A stretch of 64,000 nt of DNA from Gloeobacterales cyanobacterium (GCA_038245785.1 JBBRSB010000011.1:58189-122188); one strand, 5' to 3'; numbered from the stretch's first letter, positions 1-10,890 are shown. A program made the numbers and translations. The notes: generated by a model not told the origin, from the letters alone.

Positions 1-557
1 AAAGTAGAAAATGCCAATCATAAAAGAAAGCTAAAGTTATCCCTAATATCCGTATAACCGCTGACAACACACCTGCAATCATTGCCATAGTATGAGGCGC
101 AACACCAATGTCAGTGGAACAGATTTATCTGATTCCCAACTGCCTTGTGTTGCATATAGCTAATGGTTTTCCAATGTATTTGGTTAAGGCCAACGTTTTC
201 ATTGGGATGAAAACTATACATAAAGGAGTGAGCGTGAAATGTCATCTAGCCATGAAGAAAAGCTGTAACGGGGAGTTGGCCTCTGGCTTGCTAATTATGC
301 CTGCAATCTATAGCTAGATCTGCCCCAATGTCAGCTAAAAGCGCGAGAACTGAGCCCATCACTGCAGGGACGAACGTTCTTCTTAAATTGTTTCATCCTT
401 CTTCCTCTTAGAACCTAGATCGCGGCATACCTCCCACTCAGTTCCTGTCACCGATAGACAAATTTTTCTTTTCTTGACGTAGCTTCTTGCCATGAAAGCT
501 GGAAGCGCAAAGAGGTACGAACTTCACAAAATCTCGACAATAATTCACGGAGTGATC

Positions 558-2102
558 ATGAGACAACCTATCAATAACCACACAAAGCACGCACCACATA
601 GCCTACTTGAGCAGTCTAAGTATGGTCGCCTGTGGTTCCTAGCACAGTTTGCGATGGTGGCTGTTCTGTTGCCCTTTGCCGCTCAAGCGCTTCCCTTAGA
701 CGCTCGCCCACAGCCGTTGCTATTAGCTCAGGCCACGGCACCCGCCGAGCCCAACCCCAACTGCACCCTGATTGTGCCCGCTAGCCCCCTTACAGCTAAA
801 GGACTCGCAACGCCCTATCAATTGACCGCGACGGATCCTGCGGCTGGTCCCTGTAGTGAATCCGTCAAGGTTCAAGCATCGTTTGTTGAAGCTGCGATTA
901 TTGACCCAGCTAATGGGCAGATTGTGATTTATCATCCCTTGATCGTTGACAAGGGGCAGCAGCCAGCAAAACCTCCTGTCGTCCCTTATCTGCCACCCAA
1001 CGCAAAAGTGGGCATCTGGTTTGGTGGCAACGGTGGAACTCTAACCCTCCAGGGTACGGACGACTTAGCGCTTAGTAAGTGTGTTAACGGCCTACCTGGT
1101 GGTGACAACTTCGGACAGGTCGCCTACTGCAATGCACCAGCCTTCTTCCGTGCTGCTCACCGCGCTATCCGCTATGGGCAGTTACAAGTTCCAGCCTTAG
1201 GGGTGGCCAAGGATGGTCAGACATGTCCCACTGTCAGGGATTTTTCGATCGTGGACATGGACCAAAGCGACAATGTCCTCGCAACCTATTTGGTGACCGC
1301 AGATGGAAAACTGGCCCAGGAGACTCAGGCTAATAAACAGGCACTGCCGGGAGCAAAGCAGCTCAAAAATGCCAGTGATAACCGCCTCGTTGCCATTGCC
1401 GTCAATGGTGCCTTAGGTTGCTCCCCGTGGAAAGCACCCAACCTCACCGATCCTGGTCAAACCGTGGCAGCCCTTGCTCTTAATGAAATACAAGCGAGAC
1501 TTTACCAGTCCCGACCCATTGCCAGGGTTCCGGCTGGTCATGCCATGGTTCTAACTAACGGCCAGCCCAACTTGGAGAAGCTGAACGCCTATCGTCGAGG
1601 CGTTTTCCAAAGACCTGTGTATTCCCTGGAGTTTGCAGACACCAAGCGCTACTGCCGTCGTCTCTTCCGAATAGCACCCGCCAGATTTAGTCTGGATGAA
1701 GTCTACACCAGGCCTGCAGCCTCACCGGATCCTGACGCCTCGAATTCTTTATTTACGTTTCTGGCACAGCGGTTTGTGGCCACAAATGAAGCTCTAGGCT
1801 GTTCGACCGCACTGGGCGTAGAAAACCCAGTGACCGTGATCACTAATGCTGACGGTGTCGCCATCGATGCCAAGATCAGTCTTCCTGCCGATGCCAGCAA
1901 CCAGGCCAAGTTGGCTCCTGCCGCCCCTGCTGATAACCAACAGGCAGCAACAGAGGCCGCTGTGGAAGCACCCGCCGCGACTGCACCAGCCGCAGAAACA
2001 CCCGCAACAGAAGCCGCACCTGTCGCACAACCAACAACAGCAGCACCCGCGACCGTACCTGCTGCACAACCAACAACAGCGGATGTACCTCCAGGCCAAT
2101 AA
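558..2102 (+). CDS. Secreted Cys-containing hypothetical protein with Ala/Pro/Thr-rich C-terminal tail
   Basis: Long ORF (track start 492; ATG 558 preceded by GGAG). Hydrophobic signal-like segment ending AAQA, 8 Cys in the core, low-complexity APAAT/QPTT tail. Confidence 0.8.
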   Translation: MRQPINNHTKHAPHSLLEQSKYGRLWFLAQFAMVAVLLPFAAQALPLDARPQPLLLAQATAPAEPNPNCTLIVPASPLTAKGLATPYQLTATDPAAGPCSESVKVQASFVEAAIIDPANGQIVIYHPLIVDKGQQPAKPPVVPYLPPNAKVGIWFGGNGGTLTLQGTDDLALSKCVNGLPGGDNFGQVAYCNAPAFFRAAHRAIRYGQLQVPALGVAKDGQTCPTVRDFSIVDMDQSDNVLATYLVTADGKLAQETQANKQALPGAKQLKNASDNRLVAIAVNGALGCSPWKAPNLTDPGQTVAALALNEIQARLYQSRPIARVPAGHAMVLTNGQPNLEKLNAYRRGVFQRPVYSLEFADTKRYCRRLFRIAPARFSLDEVYTRPAASPDPDASNSLFTFLAQRFVATNEALGCSTALGVENPVTVITNADGVAIDAKISLPADASNQAKLAPAAPADNQQAATEAAVEAPAATAPAAETPATEAAPVAQPTTAAPATVPAAQPTTADVPPGQ

Positions 2103-2107
2103 TCGGT

Positions 2108-2162
2108 GTTCTTGGAGTGTGACCTGACGGCCTTTGCTGTTGCAGGAAACACTCCCAAGAAC
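2108..2162 (+). terminator. Stem-loop after first gene
   Basis: GTTCTTGG-AGTGT ... ACACT-C-CCAAGAAC inverted repeat just after the stop at 2102. Confidence 0.55.
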
Positions 2163-2342
2163 TGGCTAACGCTAAAATTCGAGTGCTAGGTTCCCTTAGC
2201 GCTCGAAATTTGTCAAAAAACGTCTTATTTATTTGATTAATGAGTAAATTTCTGACTTATGAGCAGCTACGCACAACTTTTCAATCTCTAAAAGGAAGAT
2301 GCTTGCTTCTCAATGAAAACCTAATCTGGGGAAATTATTCTA

Positions 2343-4232
2343 ATGATTAATCAAATTCCAGAAAAGCAAATGCACTATGTGCGCTGGCTTTTAACGGTTG
2401 CCTGGGCTGTCTTAATCGGCTCCCTCTTCTATGACCCCATTTCTACTCAATTAACCGATTTCCATACTCTCTGGAGCCCCTTCCATCTCCAGGATGCCTG
2501 CATCCCTTTCCAAGGAAACTGCATGCAGCCTTTGCCCTATTCCATGGGGCCAAGAATTTTCTGGGGGATGGTCCTTCCCAGTGCCATCCTCTTGCTTCTC
2601 TTCTTTGGTCATGAAGTCTGGAGACGGATCTGCCCTCTCTCGTTCATTGCCCAACTTCCTCGGGCTCTGGGATTGCAGCACAAACGTTTAACGATTAAAC
2701 CTTTGACTGGAGAGTTTGCCTATGAACCTGTCAAAGTCAGCAAAGACTCTTGGCTCGGTCGCAACTATCTCTATCTACAGTTTTCTCTTCTATTCCTTGG
2801 CCTCAATGTCCGACTGCTCTTCGTAAACTCAGACTGTTTAGCCTTAGGCCTCTATTTGGTCGCTACTATCTTATTAGCGATGGGGGTCAACTACTGGTAC
2901 GGCGGCAAGAGCTGGTGTCATTACGTTTGCCCTATGGCTCCCGTGCAGATGGTCTATACCGGCCCTAGAGGCTTACTAGGGAGCAAAGCACACCAGGACA
3001 AGAAGAATATTACCCAATCGATGTGTCGTATCGTGGATGAAAAAGGTAAAGAGAAAAGTGCCTGTGTCGGGTGCAAAGCGACGTGTTTGGATATTGACAT
3101 TGAGAAGTCCTACTGGGAGGACCTGCATCAGCCCGACCGCAAGTTTTTGTACTACGGCTATCTGGGCTTGGTGATTGGTTTCTATCTCTATTTTTTCTTG
3201 TATTCCGGCGATGCGAACTTTTTTGCGACCGGGGCCTGGAGCGAGATGAACCAGACGGCGACGCTCTTTCAACCTGGCTTTTACATAGCAGGTCATCTGC
3301 TGCCGATCCCGAAATTAATTGCGGTCCCTTTAACGCTATCGGTGTGCACGGGCTTGAGCTATGGCCTGGGCTTGTGGATAGAGACGGTGTACAAAGGGAT
3401 GACGAAATCTTCCTCTCAGCAGAAAGCGCAGCGACAAATATTTAGTACTTTTACGCAGGTGCAGCATCGGATTCTGACGACGTTTACGTTTTTGTCATTT
3501 CATGTTCTGTACTTCTTGGGCATTTATCCCTCCTTAAGTTGGATCTCCTTACCGTTGCAAGAAGCGGTGACCTGGCTAGTGATGATTGCCAGTGCGGCTT
3601 GGTTTTATCGGACGTTGAAGCGCAGTGCCGAGCAGTACAAGCGGGAGAGTCGGGTGAGCAGTTTGCGACGGAGTTTAGACCAGTTGGCGATAGACTTTCC
3701 GCAGGTGTTGGAGGGCCGCACGCTAGAAGAGCTGGCAGCGGATGAGGTATATATTTTGGGCAAGATTCTGCCGGATTTGATGCGGGATAAGGAATTGCTG
3801 GAGGAGGCGTTAGCGCAAAAGGATGCAGATTTTTCAGCTCAGCGAGAGACTTTAGAAAAAATTAAGCAGGCAGTAGCAAGTAAGCCGTCACAGGTTGTTA
3901 CTCCTCGGCCTACGGCTATCATGTCTCAGGCTAGTGCGCCTCCATCATCTGGCCCCAGTGCCGTTCAATCAGAGCTTTACTCCGCGTTGAACTTAGAAAT
4001 CGTCCAAGAGGAATATTTGTACTTGGATGCTTTGTTGACAGATCTGTTAGGTTCGATAGGTCCGCTGCTATTGCGTCATACGGTTCTGCAGGTATCAAAC
4101 ACTCAAGAGCTAGTGCAGAAACTAAATCCGCATATCCCCCTGCATCGTTTAGCAGAGTTTCAAGCCAGAACCATGCCCCTTCTCCAAAAAACAACAGTTC
4201 AACCCCAAGAGCACACCTATTCAAAAACTTAG
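2343..4232 (+). CDS. Polytopic membrane 4Fe-4S binding protein (Fer4_5/NapH-like) with soluble C-terminal extension
   Basis: Multiple TM helices, WRRICPL and WCHYVCPM (CxxxCP-type) motifs, CVGCKATC cluster. Confidence 0.8.
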   Translation: MINQIPEKQMHYVRWLLTVAWAVLIGSLFYDPISTQLTDFHTLWSPFHLQDACIPFQGNCMQPLPYSMGPRIFWGMVLPSAILLLLFFGHEVWRRICPLSFIAQLPRALGLQHKRLTIKPLTGEFAYEPVKVSKDSWLGRNYLYLQFSLLFLGLNVRLLFVNSDCLALGLYLVATILLAMGVNYWYGGKSWCHYVCPMAPVQMVYTGPRGLLGSKAHQDKKNITQSMCRIVDEKGKEKSACVGCKATCLDIDIEKSYWEDLHQPDRKFLYYGYLGLVIGFYLYFFLYSGDANFFATGAWSEMNQTATLFQPGFYIAGHLLPIPKLIAVPLTLSVCTGLSYGLGLWIETVYKGMTKSSSQQKAQRQIFSTFTQVQHRILTTFTFLSFHVLYFLGIYPSLSWISLPLQEAVTWLVMIASAAWFYRTLKRSAEQYKRESRVSSLRRSLDQLAIDFPQVLEGRTLEELAADEVYILGKILPDLMRDKELLEEALAQKDADFSAQRETLEKIKQAVASKPSQVVTPRPTAIMSQASAPPSSGPSAVQSELYSALNLEIVQEEYLYLDALLTDLLGSIGPLLLRHTVLQVSNTQELVQKLNPHIPLHRLAEFQARTMPLLQKTTVQPQEHTYSKT

Positions 4233-4343
4233 GTCGTCTGCCAAGGCTTCTGTATTTTTCTCTAAACTCATTAAGAGTCTCGTAACATTACACCCTAGGC
4301 TTTGCCATGCTATGCCTTAGAGATATACAGAAGGAATGCTCCT

Positions 4344-5795
4344 ATGGTCTTACCTATCCTCGTTGCCAAAGGCGAACAAGAATGCTTTTTGCTACCTAAG
4401 TTAGCAAATCGCCATGGCCTGATTGCAGGAGCAACTGGGACGGGTAAAACAGTCTCTATTCAGGTATTGGCCGAAAAATTTAGCCGGATGGGTGTACCTG
4501 TATTTATGTCTGATGTGAAAGGAGACTTTTCGGGGATTAGTCAAGCAGGGAGCGAGAACCCGAAGATTCAAGAGCGCATAGAACAATTAGGACTTGATGA
4601 TTTCGAGTTTACGGCCAGCCCTGTGACCTTTTGGGATGTCTTTGGAGCGCAGGGACATCCCATGCGCGCCACTATCTCAGATATGGGACCCCTACTCCTC
4701 AGCCGCCTCCTAAATCTGAACGATACCCAAACAGGTGTACTGAGCTTGGTTTTTAAGATTGCTGATGATGATGGGTTGTTGCTGATAGACCTGAAAGACC
4801 TGCGTTCTATGCTTAAGTACGTGGGGGACAATGCCAAGGAATTCCAGACTGAGTATGGGACTGTCTCTACCGCTAGTGTTGGCGCTATTCGGCGTGGACT
4901 TTTGGCCCTGGAAGAACAGGGGGGAGACCAATTTTTTGGAGCACCCGCCCTCAATCTTGATGACTTGATCCAGAACGATAGTCAAGGACGGGGCATGATC
5001 AATGTCTTGGCGGCAGACAAACTGATGCACGTTCCCAAGTTGTATTCCACGTTCCTCCTATGGCTGCTCGCTGAACTCTTCGAACGCTTGCCGGAAGTGG
5101 GAGATTTGGCAAAGCCCAAACTCATATTCTTCTTCGATGAAGCCCATTTGCTTTTTGACCAAGCTCCCGAGGCGCTTCAGGAAAAAATCGAACAGGTTGT
5201 CCGCCTAATTCGTTCTAAAGGCGTTGGCGTCTACTTTATTAGTCAAAATCCAACCGATATTCCAGATACCGTATTGGGACAATTGGGTAACCGCATCCAA
5301 CACGCGCTACGAGCCTTTAACCCCCGCGACCAGAAGGCGATCAAGGCCGCAGCGCAAACCTTCCGCAGCAACCCGAAGTTGAAGGTAGAAACAGCAATCA
5401 CAGAACTTGAAGTCGGGGAAGCGCTGGTTTCTTTTCTCGATGACAAGGGTACGCCAGGAGTGGTGGAACGCGCTTTTATCTGTCCGCCCCAAGGGAAAAT
5501 TGGTGCGATTACTCCGGAACAACGCCAGCAAATTATTCAACAGTCCTTAGTCTATGGACATTACGAAAAAGAGGTCGACCGCGAGTCAGCCTACGAGCTG
5601 CTGAAGGTGCGCGCTGAACAAACGGCTCAAGCGGAGGCAGCAGCGGAAACTGTTAACCAGAAGCAATCGAAGAGCCGTCAACCGGATGATATCTGGGCAT
5701 CAATGGCCAAGAGTGCAGCCCGTGCAGCCAGCAGTCAAGCGGGCCGCCAGATTGTTCGGGGCATTTTGGGTTCTATCTTTTGGGGCCGTCGTTAG
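4344..5795 (+). CDS. DUF853/YjgR-family HerA-like ATPase
   Basis: [15 protein letters not shown]alker [11 protein letters not shown]alker [31 protein letters not shown] at 4344. Confidence 0.92.
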   Translation: MVLPILVAKGEQECFLLPKLANRHGLIAGATGTGKTVSIQVLAEKFSRMGVPVFMSDVKGDFSGISQAGSENPKIQERIEQLGLDDFEFTASPVTFWDVFGAQGHPMRATISDMGPLLLSRLLNLNDTQTGVLSLVFKIADDDGLLLIDLKDLRSMLKYVGDNAKEFQTEYGTVSTASVGAIRRGLLALEEQGGDQFFGAPALNLDDLIQNDSQGRGMINVLAADKLMHVPKLYSTFLLWLLAELFERLPEVGDLAKPKLIFFFDEAHLLFDQAPEALQEKIEQVVRLIRSKGVGVYFISQNPTDIPDTVLGQLGNRIQHALRAFNPRDQKAIKAAAQTFRSNPKLKVETAITELEVGEALVSFLDDKGTPGVVERAFICPPQGKIGAITPEQRQQIIQQSLVYGHYEKEVDRESAYELLKVRAEQTAQAEAAAETVNQKQSKSRQPDDIWASMAKSAARAASSQAGRQIVRGILGSIFWGRR

Positions 5796-5801
5796 CAAAC
5801 G

Positions 5802-8597
5802 CTATTTGGCTAAACGCTGCTCTTGCCAGCGCAAAAAAGCCTTACGCAACTCGTCAAGGAGCAAAATAATCGGGGTCCAGGCTAAAACAAAGGCCCACTC
5901 AACCAGACCAAGAGGGGCTGTGTTGAACACACCCTGAAAGAAGGGGACGTAAATCAAAAGCCCGAGGATACCTAGCTCAAATGCAATACCTGCCAACACC
6001 AGGCGATTCGAAAAGAGACCGATTTTGAAGACGGAGACGCGGTCTGTTCGGCAACCGAATACTGCCCCCACTTGAGTGGACACAATCGCGGCAAAGGTCA
6101 TCGTAGTAGCCATTCGATAGTCCAGGGTTCCTTCCTGCGCGAGGGCTACCCCCGGCCATCCTAGCCGTCCGTTCAGGAAAAAGTAGGCAGACATGGCGGC
6201 GACCGATTCTAGCAAGCCATACCACAACAAGGCACGGGTTAGCAGAGCACCGTTGAGTAAGGGCTCTTGGCGAGAACGCGGTGGACGATCCATGATTCCT
6301 GATTCTGGGGCTTCCGCCCCTAAACCAATCGCAGGAACCATATCCGTACCCAAATCGATAGCCAATACCTGCATCACGGTTAAGGGTAGGGGAATGCCTC
6401 CACGGGAAAACAGCATCACCACAAAAGGTACAGCCTCCGCCATATTGCTGTTGAAAACGTACATCGCAAACTTGCGAATATTGGCATAGACGGCCCGTCC
6501 TTCCTCGATCGCATTGACGATCGAGGCAAAGTTATCATCCGTCAGGATCATGTCCGCCGCTTCCTTGGCCACATCGGTGCCTGTAAGCCCCATCGCCACC
6601 CCAATATCGGATTGCTTCAAGGCAGGGGCATCATTGACGCCATCGCCTGTGACTGCCACCACATGCCCCATGGATTGGAGAGCGGTGACTACACGCAGTT
6701 TCTGTTCAGGCGCAACCCGAGCAAAGAGTACTTCCTTTCCAAGATGTTCCTTGAGGACTTCATCACTCATTCCTTCTAGTTCTGGCCCTGTGACAATCTG
6801 GGCAGGGTAGGTGCGAATGATGCCAATATTGCGGGCGATGCTCTCGGCGGTTAACCCATAGTCGCCAGTAATCATCACTACCCGGATGCCCGCTCGGTAA
6901 CATTTTTCTACCGCTGCTGCTGCTTCTGGTCGGGGCGGGTCCATCATGGCGATCAACCCAAGAAAGGTCAGGTCACATTCAACTGTTTCCGGTCTAGGAA
7001 CACCTAAGTTAGTGGGCAGAGAACGCAGGGCAATCGCCAAAACTCTGAGTCCATTGGAGGCATATTGATCATTGACCGCTATGATTTGAGCCCTCAAGTC
7101 TTCTGCTAAAGGACTTATCTGACCGTTAATCTGAATCTGAGTGCAGAGGTCCAGGATTTCTTTAGGGGCTCCTTTTACATAGGCAACGGAAGTTCCTGCC
7201 AACCCTCGATGAACGGTACTCATCCGTTTGCGATGAGAATCGAAGGGCAGTTCCCGTAATCGTGGGGTCCGGATGGCTTCAGCTTCAAGATTCAGACCGC
7301 CCTTAAGGGCCACTACCCGCAGCGCCGCTTCCGTCGGATCGCCCAGCTCTTTCCAGTGGTTAGAGCCATCCGTGGGCGGAAGTAAACGGGCATCATTGCA
7401 CAGCCCAGCGGCGATGAGCAACTGCTGAAGGTCCCCCTCTACGGGCGAGGAAACAGGATCATCTCCCTCTAGAATCTGTCCCTCGGTGTCATAGCCCACA
7501 CCCGTCACGGTGAGGCTGCGGTCCGCGACCCATAGGGCACGTACCGTCATTTCATTTTCCGTAAGCGTTCCTGTCTTGTCGGTACAGATAACGGTGGTAC
7601 AGCCTAGGGTCTCAACCGCTGATAGCTTTTTAATCAAGGCATTACGCTTGGCCATACGCTGCACGCCCATGGCTAAGGACAGTGTCACCGTCGGCAGCAA
7701 TCCCTCAGGCACAAAGGCAACAATCATACCCATCGCGAAGATGAAACCCGCTGCCAAATTCACACCTGCCAGAGAAACGGCAAGCACAAAGAAAAGAACC
7801 CCCATGCTGACGGCCAAAGCCGTCACCACCTTAGTCACCCGGTCCAGCTCTTTCTGCAAGGGACTAGGTTCATCAACAATGTTCTGGGTAAGATGCGTAA
7901 TCTTGCCAAACTCAGTGCTCATACCTGTGGCAAAAACGACAGCCTTTGCAACTCCAGTCGCCACGCTCGTGCCAGCAAACACAAGATCTGGGACTTCAGC
8001 ACGAGTCATTCCTGTTCTCGGAGCGGCTTCATCGGTCTTACCCACGGGTTGAGATTCACCCGTAAGCGTAGATTGGTCCACCTTTAGTTCAGCCGCCTCT
8101 ACCAAGCGACCATCGGCTGAAATGCGGTCCCCTTCTGCCAAGAGCATCAGGTCGCCTGGCACTAGCTCCTCCGCCAGGATCGATTGTTCTACCCCCTCGC
8201 GAAGTACTCGGGCAGAAGTTGGGAGTAGTCTTTGTAGAGCCTCTGTCGCTTTCTCCGCTTTGTACTCCTGCCAAAAGCTAAAAGCTCCGTTGATTACATT
8301 TACAGTCCAGATAGCAAATCCCAGTTGCGGTAATTGGGCTATAAAACCAACCGCACCACCAACCCAAAGCAAGAGCGCCATAAGGTGGGTAAAGTTGGCC
8401 AGGAATTTTAGAACTAGCGGTTTCCCTTTCACTTTAATCAGGCTGTTGTGACCAAAACGGTTCAGACGCTCTTGCACTTCCGCTTGCGTCAGTCCCTGCG
8501 GCCTCGTCTCCAGGCTTTTGTAGACTTCTGGAATAGGTACGGCATGGAGATTGGTTTTTATGGCAATCTCAGAAGATACATCGCGGGTTACAGCCAT
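5802..8597 (-). CDS. Cation-transporting P-type ATPase (type II, Na+/K+-ATPase-like motifs)
   Basis: TGES, VPEGL, DKTGTLT, KGAP, TGD, GDGVNDAPAL, IDLGTDMVPAI. Confidence 0.95.
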   Translation of the reverse strand: MAVTRDVSSEIAIKTNLHAVPIPEVYKSLETRPQGLTQAEVQERLNRFGHNSLIKVKGKPLVLKFLANFTHLMALLLWVGGAVGFIAQLPQLGFAIWTVNVINGAFSFWQEYKAEKATEALQRLLPTSARVLREGVEQSILAEELVPGDLMLLAEGDRISADGRLVEAAELKVDQSTLTGESQPVGKTDEAAPRTGMTRAEVPDLVFAGTSVATGVAKAVVFATGMSTEFGKITHLTQNIVDEPSPLQKELDRVTKVVTALAVSMGVLFFVLAVSLAGVNLAAGFIFAMGMIVAFVPEGLLPTVTLSLAMGVQRMAKRNALIKKLSAVETLGCTTVICTDKTGTLTENEMTVRALWVADRSLTVTGVGYDTEGQILEGDDPVSSPVEGDLQQLLIAAGLCNDARLLPPTDGSNHWKELGDPTEAALRVVALKGGLNLEAEAIRTPRLRELPFDSHRKRMSTVHRGLAGTSVAYVKGAPKEILDLCTQIQINGQISPLAEDLRAQIIAVNDQYASNGLRVLAIALRSLPTNLGVPRPETVECDLTFLGLIAMMDPPRPEAAAAVEKCYRAGIRVVMITGDYGLTAESIARNIGIIRTYPAQIVTGPELEGMSDEVLKEHLGKEVLFARVAPEQKLRVVTALQSMGHVVAVTGDGVNDAPALKQSDIGVAMGLTGTDVAKEAADMILTDDNFASIVNAIEEGRAVYANIRKFAMYVFNSNMAEAVPFVVMLFSRGGIPLPLTVMQVLAIDLGTDMVPAIGLGAEAPESGIMDRPPRSRQEPLLNGALLTRALLWYGLLESVAAMSAYFFLNGRLGWPGVALAQEGTLDYRMATTMTFAAIVSTQVGAVFGCRTDRVSVFKIGLFSNRLVLAGIAFELGILGLLIYVPFFQGVFNTAPLGLVEWAFVLAWTPIILLLDELRKAFLRWQEQRLAK

Positions 8598-8647
8598 AGC
8601 GCAAGGCTAGCGGACGTTTAAATAGATTGCAATCCTTTAAACCCTAG

Positions 8648-9211
8648 TCACTCTTCTAAGCTATAAACAGGTTCTGGACGAGGCAAAGAAGTCGGCTGCG
8701 AGAGGAAAGCCACCGCTTGGATGATCGTATCTTCAGAAAGCTGGATTTTTTCCATACGGACCAAGCCCTCATTCACCAAAGCGGCTTTGGCAAAACCTTG
8801 ACCATCCGTACGCAGCGCCAAAGGCACTTCAAAATATATTTCTTTAATGCCTGAGGCAATAATCAGCTTCAGACAGGAAAGGCAGGGTTCTAAGGTGGCG
8901 TAGATCGTTGCACCGTCTACAGAAATTCCCTTCTTAGCCGCCATAGCGATTGCATTCGCTTCGGCATGGGAAGAGCGAGAAGGATAGGCCTGGTCTGCAT
9001 CACAGCGGCTGATGCCTTCATAGCAATAGCCCATGTCGGTGCAGTGATGCGCCCCAGCGGGGGGTCCATTGTAGCCAGTGGCAAGAACCTGCTTATCTTT
9101 GACAACCACGGCTCCGACGGCTGCGGCTCTACAGGTAGAGCGGGTGGCAGCCAGTTTCGCCAGAAGCATAAAATATTCGTTCCAGGTGGGCCGATGACTG
9201 ATAGAAAGCAT
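8648..9211 (-). CDS. dCMP deaminase (ComEB-like)
   Basis: RPTWNEYFM, ATGYNG, HAEANA, PCLSC zinc motifs. Confidence 0.9.
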   Translation of the reverse strand: MLSISHRPTWNEYFMLLAKLAATRSTCRAAAVGAVVVKDKQVLATGYNGPPAGAHHCTDMGYCYEGISRCDADQAYPSRSSHAEANAIAMAAKKGISVDGATIYATLEPCLSCLKLIIASGIKEIYFEVPLALRTDGQGFAKAALVNEGLVRMEKIQLSEDTIIQAVAFLSQPTSLPRPEPVYSLEE

Positions 9212-9250
9212 AGGCTAAACATACCATTGAAGCCTGTCTACTTCTCCAGT

Positions 9251-10732
9251 CTAGTAGGCCCCACGTCTCTGAAAAACAACCTTAACCGTCCGGAGCAAAA
9301 TCTGAAAATCTAGCCACAAAGACCAGTTTTCGATATAGGTCGTGTCGAGTCGGACGACCTCTTCAAAGTCCGTGATTTCTGAACGGCCTGAGACCTGCCA
9401 TAGTCCTGTAATTCCGGGGAGGACTTCATGACGAATAAAATGGTGGTCGTCAAATTTTTCTACATCCCTTAGAGGGAAAGGGCGAGGTCCAATCAGACTC
9501 ATTTCTCCAAACAAGACATTAAATAGCTGAGGCAGCTCATCCAAACTGAAGCGACGAAGGACGTTGCCAATTTTGGTAATCCGTGGATCGTGCTTCATCT
9601 TGAACATGATGCCGTCTTGCATTTCGTTCTGAGACTCTAAGTCCTTCTGTAATTGGTCGGCATTCGTGACCATAGTGCGGAACTTCCAAACCTTAAACTG
9701 CTGACCCCGTAGACCAACTCGGGTTTGTCTATAGAAAATAGGTCCAGCAGAATCTAGCCGAATCAGAAGGGCAATGATCAGGTAGAGAGGAGCAGTTAAA
9801 AGCAGCGCAATCGCAGCAGTCAGGAAATCGAAACCTCGCTTTACCAAAAAATCTGTACCAGAGATGAAGGGAGGGGAGAAGCGCGTAGCCGGTAAACCAC
9901 CTACCATGAGGAAATCAGGTTTCTGCAGAAGAAGGGGCTCTAAACCAATGGGCAAGACATATAAGGTAATCCCAGCGTTACGCAAACGCCAATAGAGGAA
10001 CATGGGGTTTTCTATGGGATAGGAAGAACAGATAAAAACCTCTGCTACTCCCAAGCTAATGATGTGGCTAATCGTTTCTTCCCCATCCTCTTCTTCTAGA
10101 GAGAGGATATCGGAAGTTCCCAGAATTCGGTAACGTCCCTCCCGCTCCAATAGGGCAGCCGCCGCAGATACATCCTTAGGATGGCCCAACAGATAAGCAG
10201 GATAGAGAACAGCGCCTTTCTCTCGTAGATATTCAACAGCTCCATCGGCAACGAATCGGCCCAGGCAGACAAAAAGGACGCTCAAGAACCAAGACAGGAT
10301 AAAGGTCGAACGGGAGACAAAATAACCAGGCTGATAGAAAAAAGCAATCAGCAGAAGAAATACATGGGACAAGGTCAGCGACTGCGTAATCCTAAAATAA
10401 TCACGACGCTTGCCTCCTGCATCGTACAAACCTCTACTAATTAAGAGACCCACCGCAAGAATCAGAATAAGAAAGAGAAATTGTGGATTCCGTCCAATTT
10501 TCCAGACGGAAGCAAGCGGAGTTCCATAAACTTCTGCAACCCGCCAAGCCATGCTGATCAAAATGCAATCTATGGCAATCAAAAAGGGGGTACGAAATAA
10601 AGCAATGCCAAGTCCTTTGCGGATACTTGCAAAGACAGGAGCCCTGAGGTCAAGATTATAGGGTTTAGAAGATTTAAGGGAAGGAACTTGCACTGGTAAG
10701 TTCTCCGTAATATGTCTAGGACCCTTAGTCAT
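9251..10732 (-). CDS. Polyprenyl glycosylphosphotransferase (priming sugar transferase)
   Basis: N-terminal TM helices; KRGFD, KFRTM, DPRITKIG, SLDELPQLFNVLFGEMSLIGPRP, PGITGLWQVSGRS. Confidence 0.93.
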   Translation of the reverse strand: MTKGPRHITENLPVQVPSLKSSKPYNLDLRAPVFASIRKGLGIALFRTPFLIAIDCILISMAWRVAEVYGTPLASVWKIGRNPQFLFLILILAVGLLISRGLYDAGGKRRDYFRITQSLTLSHVFLLLIAFFYQPGYFVSRSTFILSWFLSVLFVCLGRFVADGAVEYLREKGAVLYPAYLLGHPKDVSAAAALLEREGRYRILGTSDILSLEEEDGEETISHIISLGVAEVFICSSYPIENPMFLYWRLRNAGITLYVLPIGLEPLLLQKPDFLMVGGLPATRFSPPFISGTDFLVKRGFDFLTAAIALLLTAPLYLIIALLIRLDSAGPIFYRQTRVGLRGQQFKVWKFRTMVTNADQLQKDLESQNEMQDGIMFKMKHDPRITKIGNVLRRFSLDELPQLFNVLFGEMSLIGPRPFPLRDVEKFDDHHFIRHEVLPGITGLWQVSGRSEITDFEEVVRLDTTYIENWSLWLDFQILLRTVKVVFQRRGAY

Positions 10733-10890
10733 GTGTCTCTTCAGTTACGTATTTATACGCAAAACAGATTCGCTATTGTCAATTTATGTTAACAGTAAGA
10801 TACAGATAGTTGATGTATCAAATAATGCATCTTGCTTGAAATTCAGTTCAATGAAGACTTTCTTCGAAGATTGCATCAGGCCTGGCAAAT

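Noticed and set aside
108..317. 69-aa ORF at the window start (and a short hydrophobic minus-strand frame at 1-87)
   Set aside because: No recognisable motif or RBS; cannot be supported.
1703..2158. Overlapping ORFs rich in Cys/Ala/Gln
   Set aside because: Shadow frames of the low-complexity tail of the 558-2102 gene.
4344..5795. HerA-like ATPase as an anti-phage system (e.g. Sir2-HerA)
   Set aside because: It is the widespread stand-alone YjgR/DUF853 type with no nuclease or sirtuin partner adjacent.
7510..8451. Long antisense ORFs within the P-type ATPase (similar cases in secD, azoR and kdpB)
   Set aside because: Antisense shadows of strongly conserved genes.
8648..9211. Deaminase as dCTP-depletion defence
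   Set aside because: Short ComEB-type enzyme lacking the kinase-like domain of defensive deaminases; housekeeping context.
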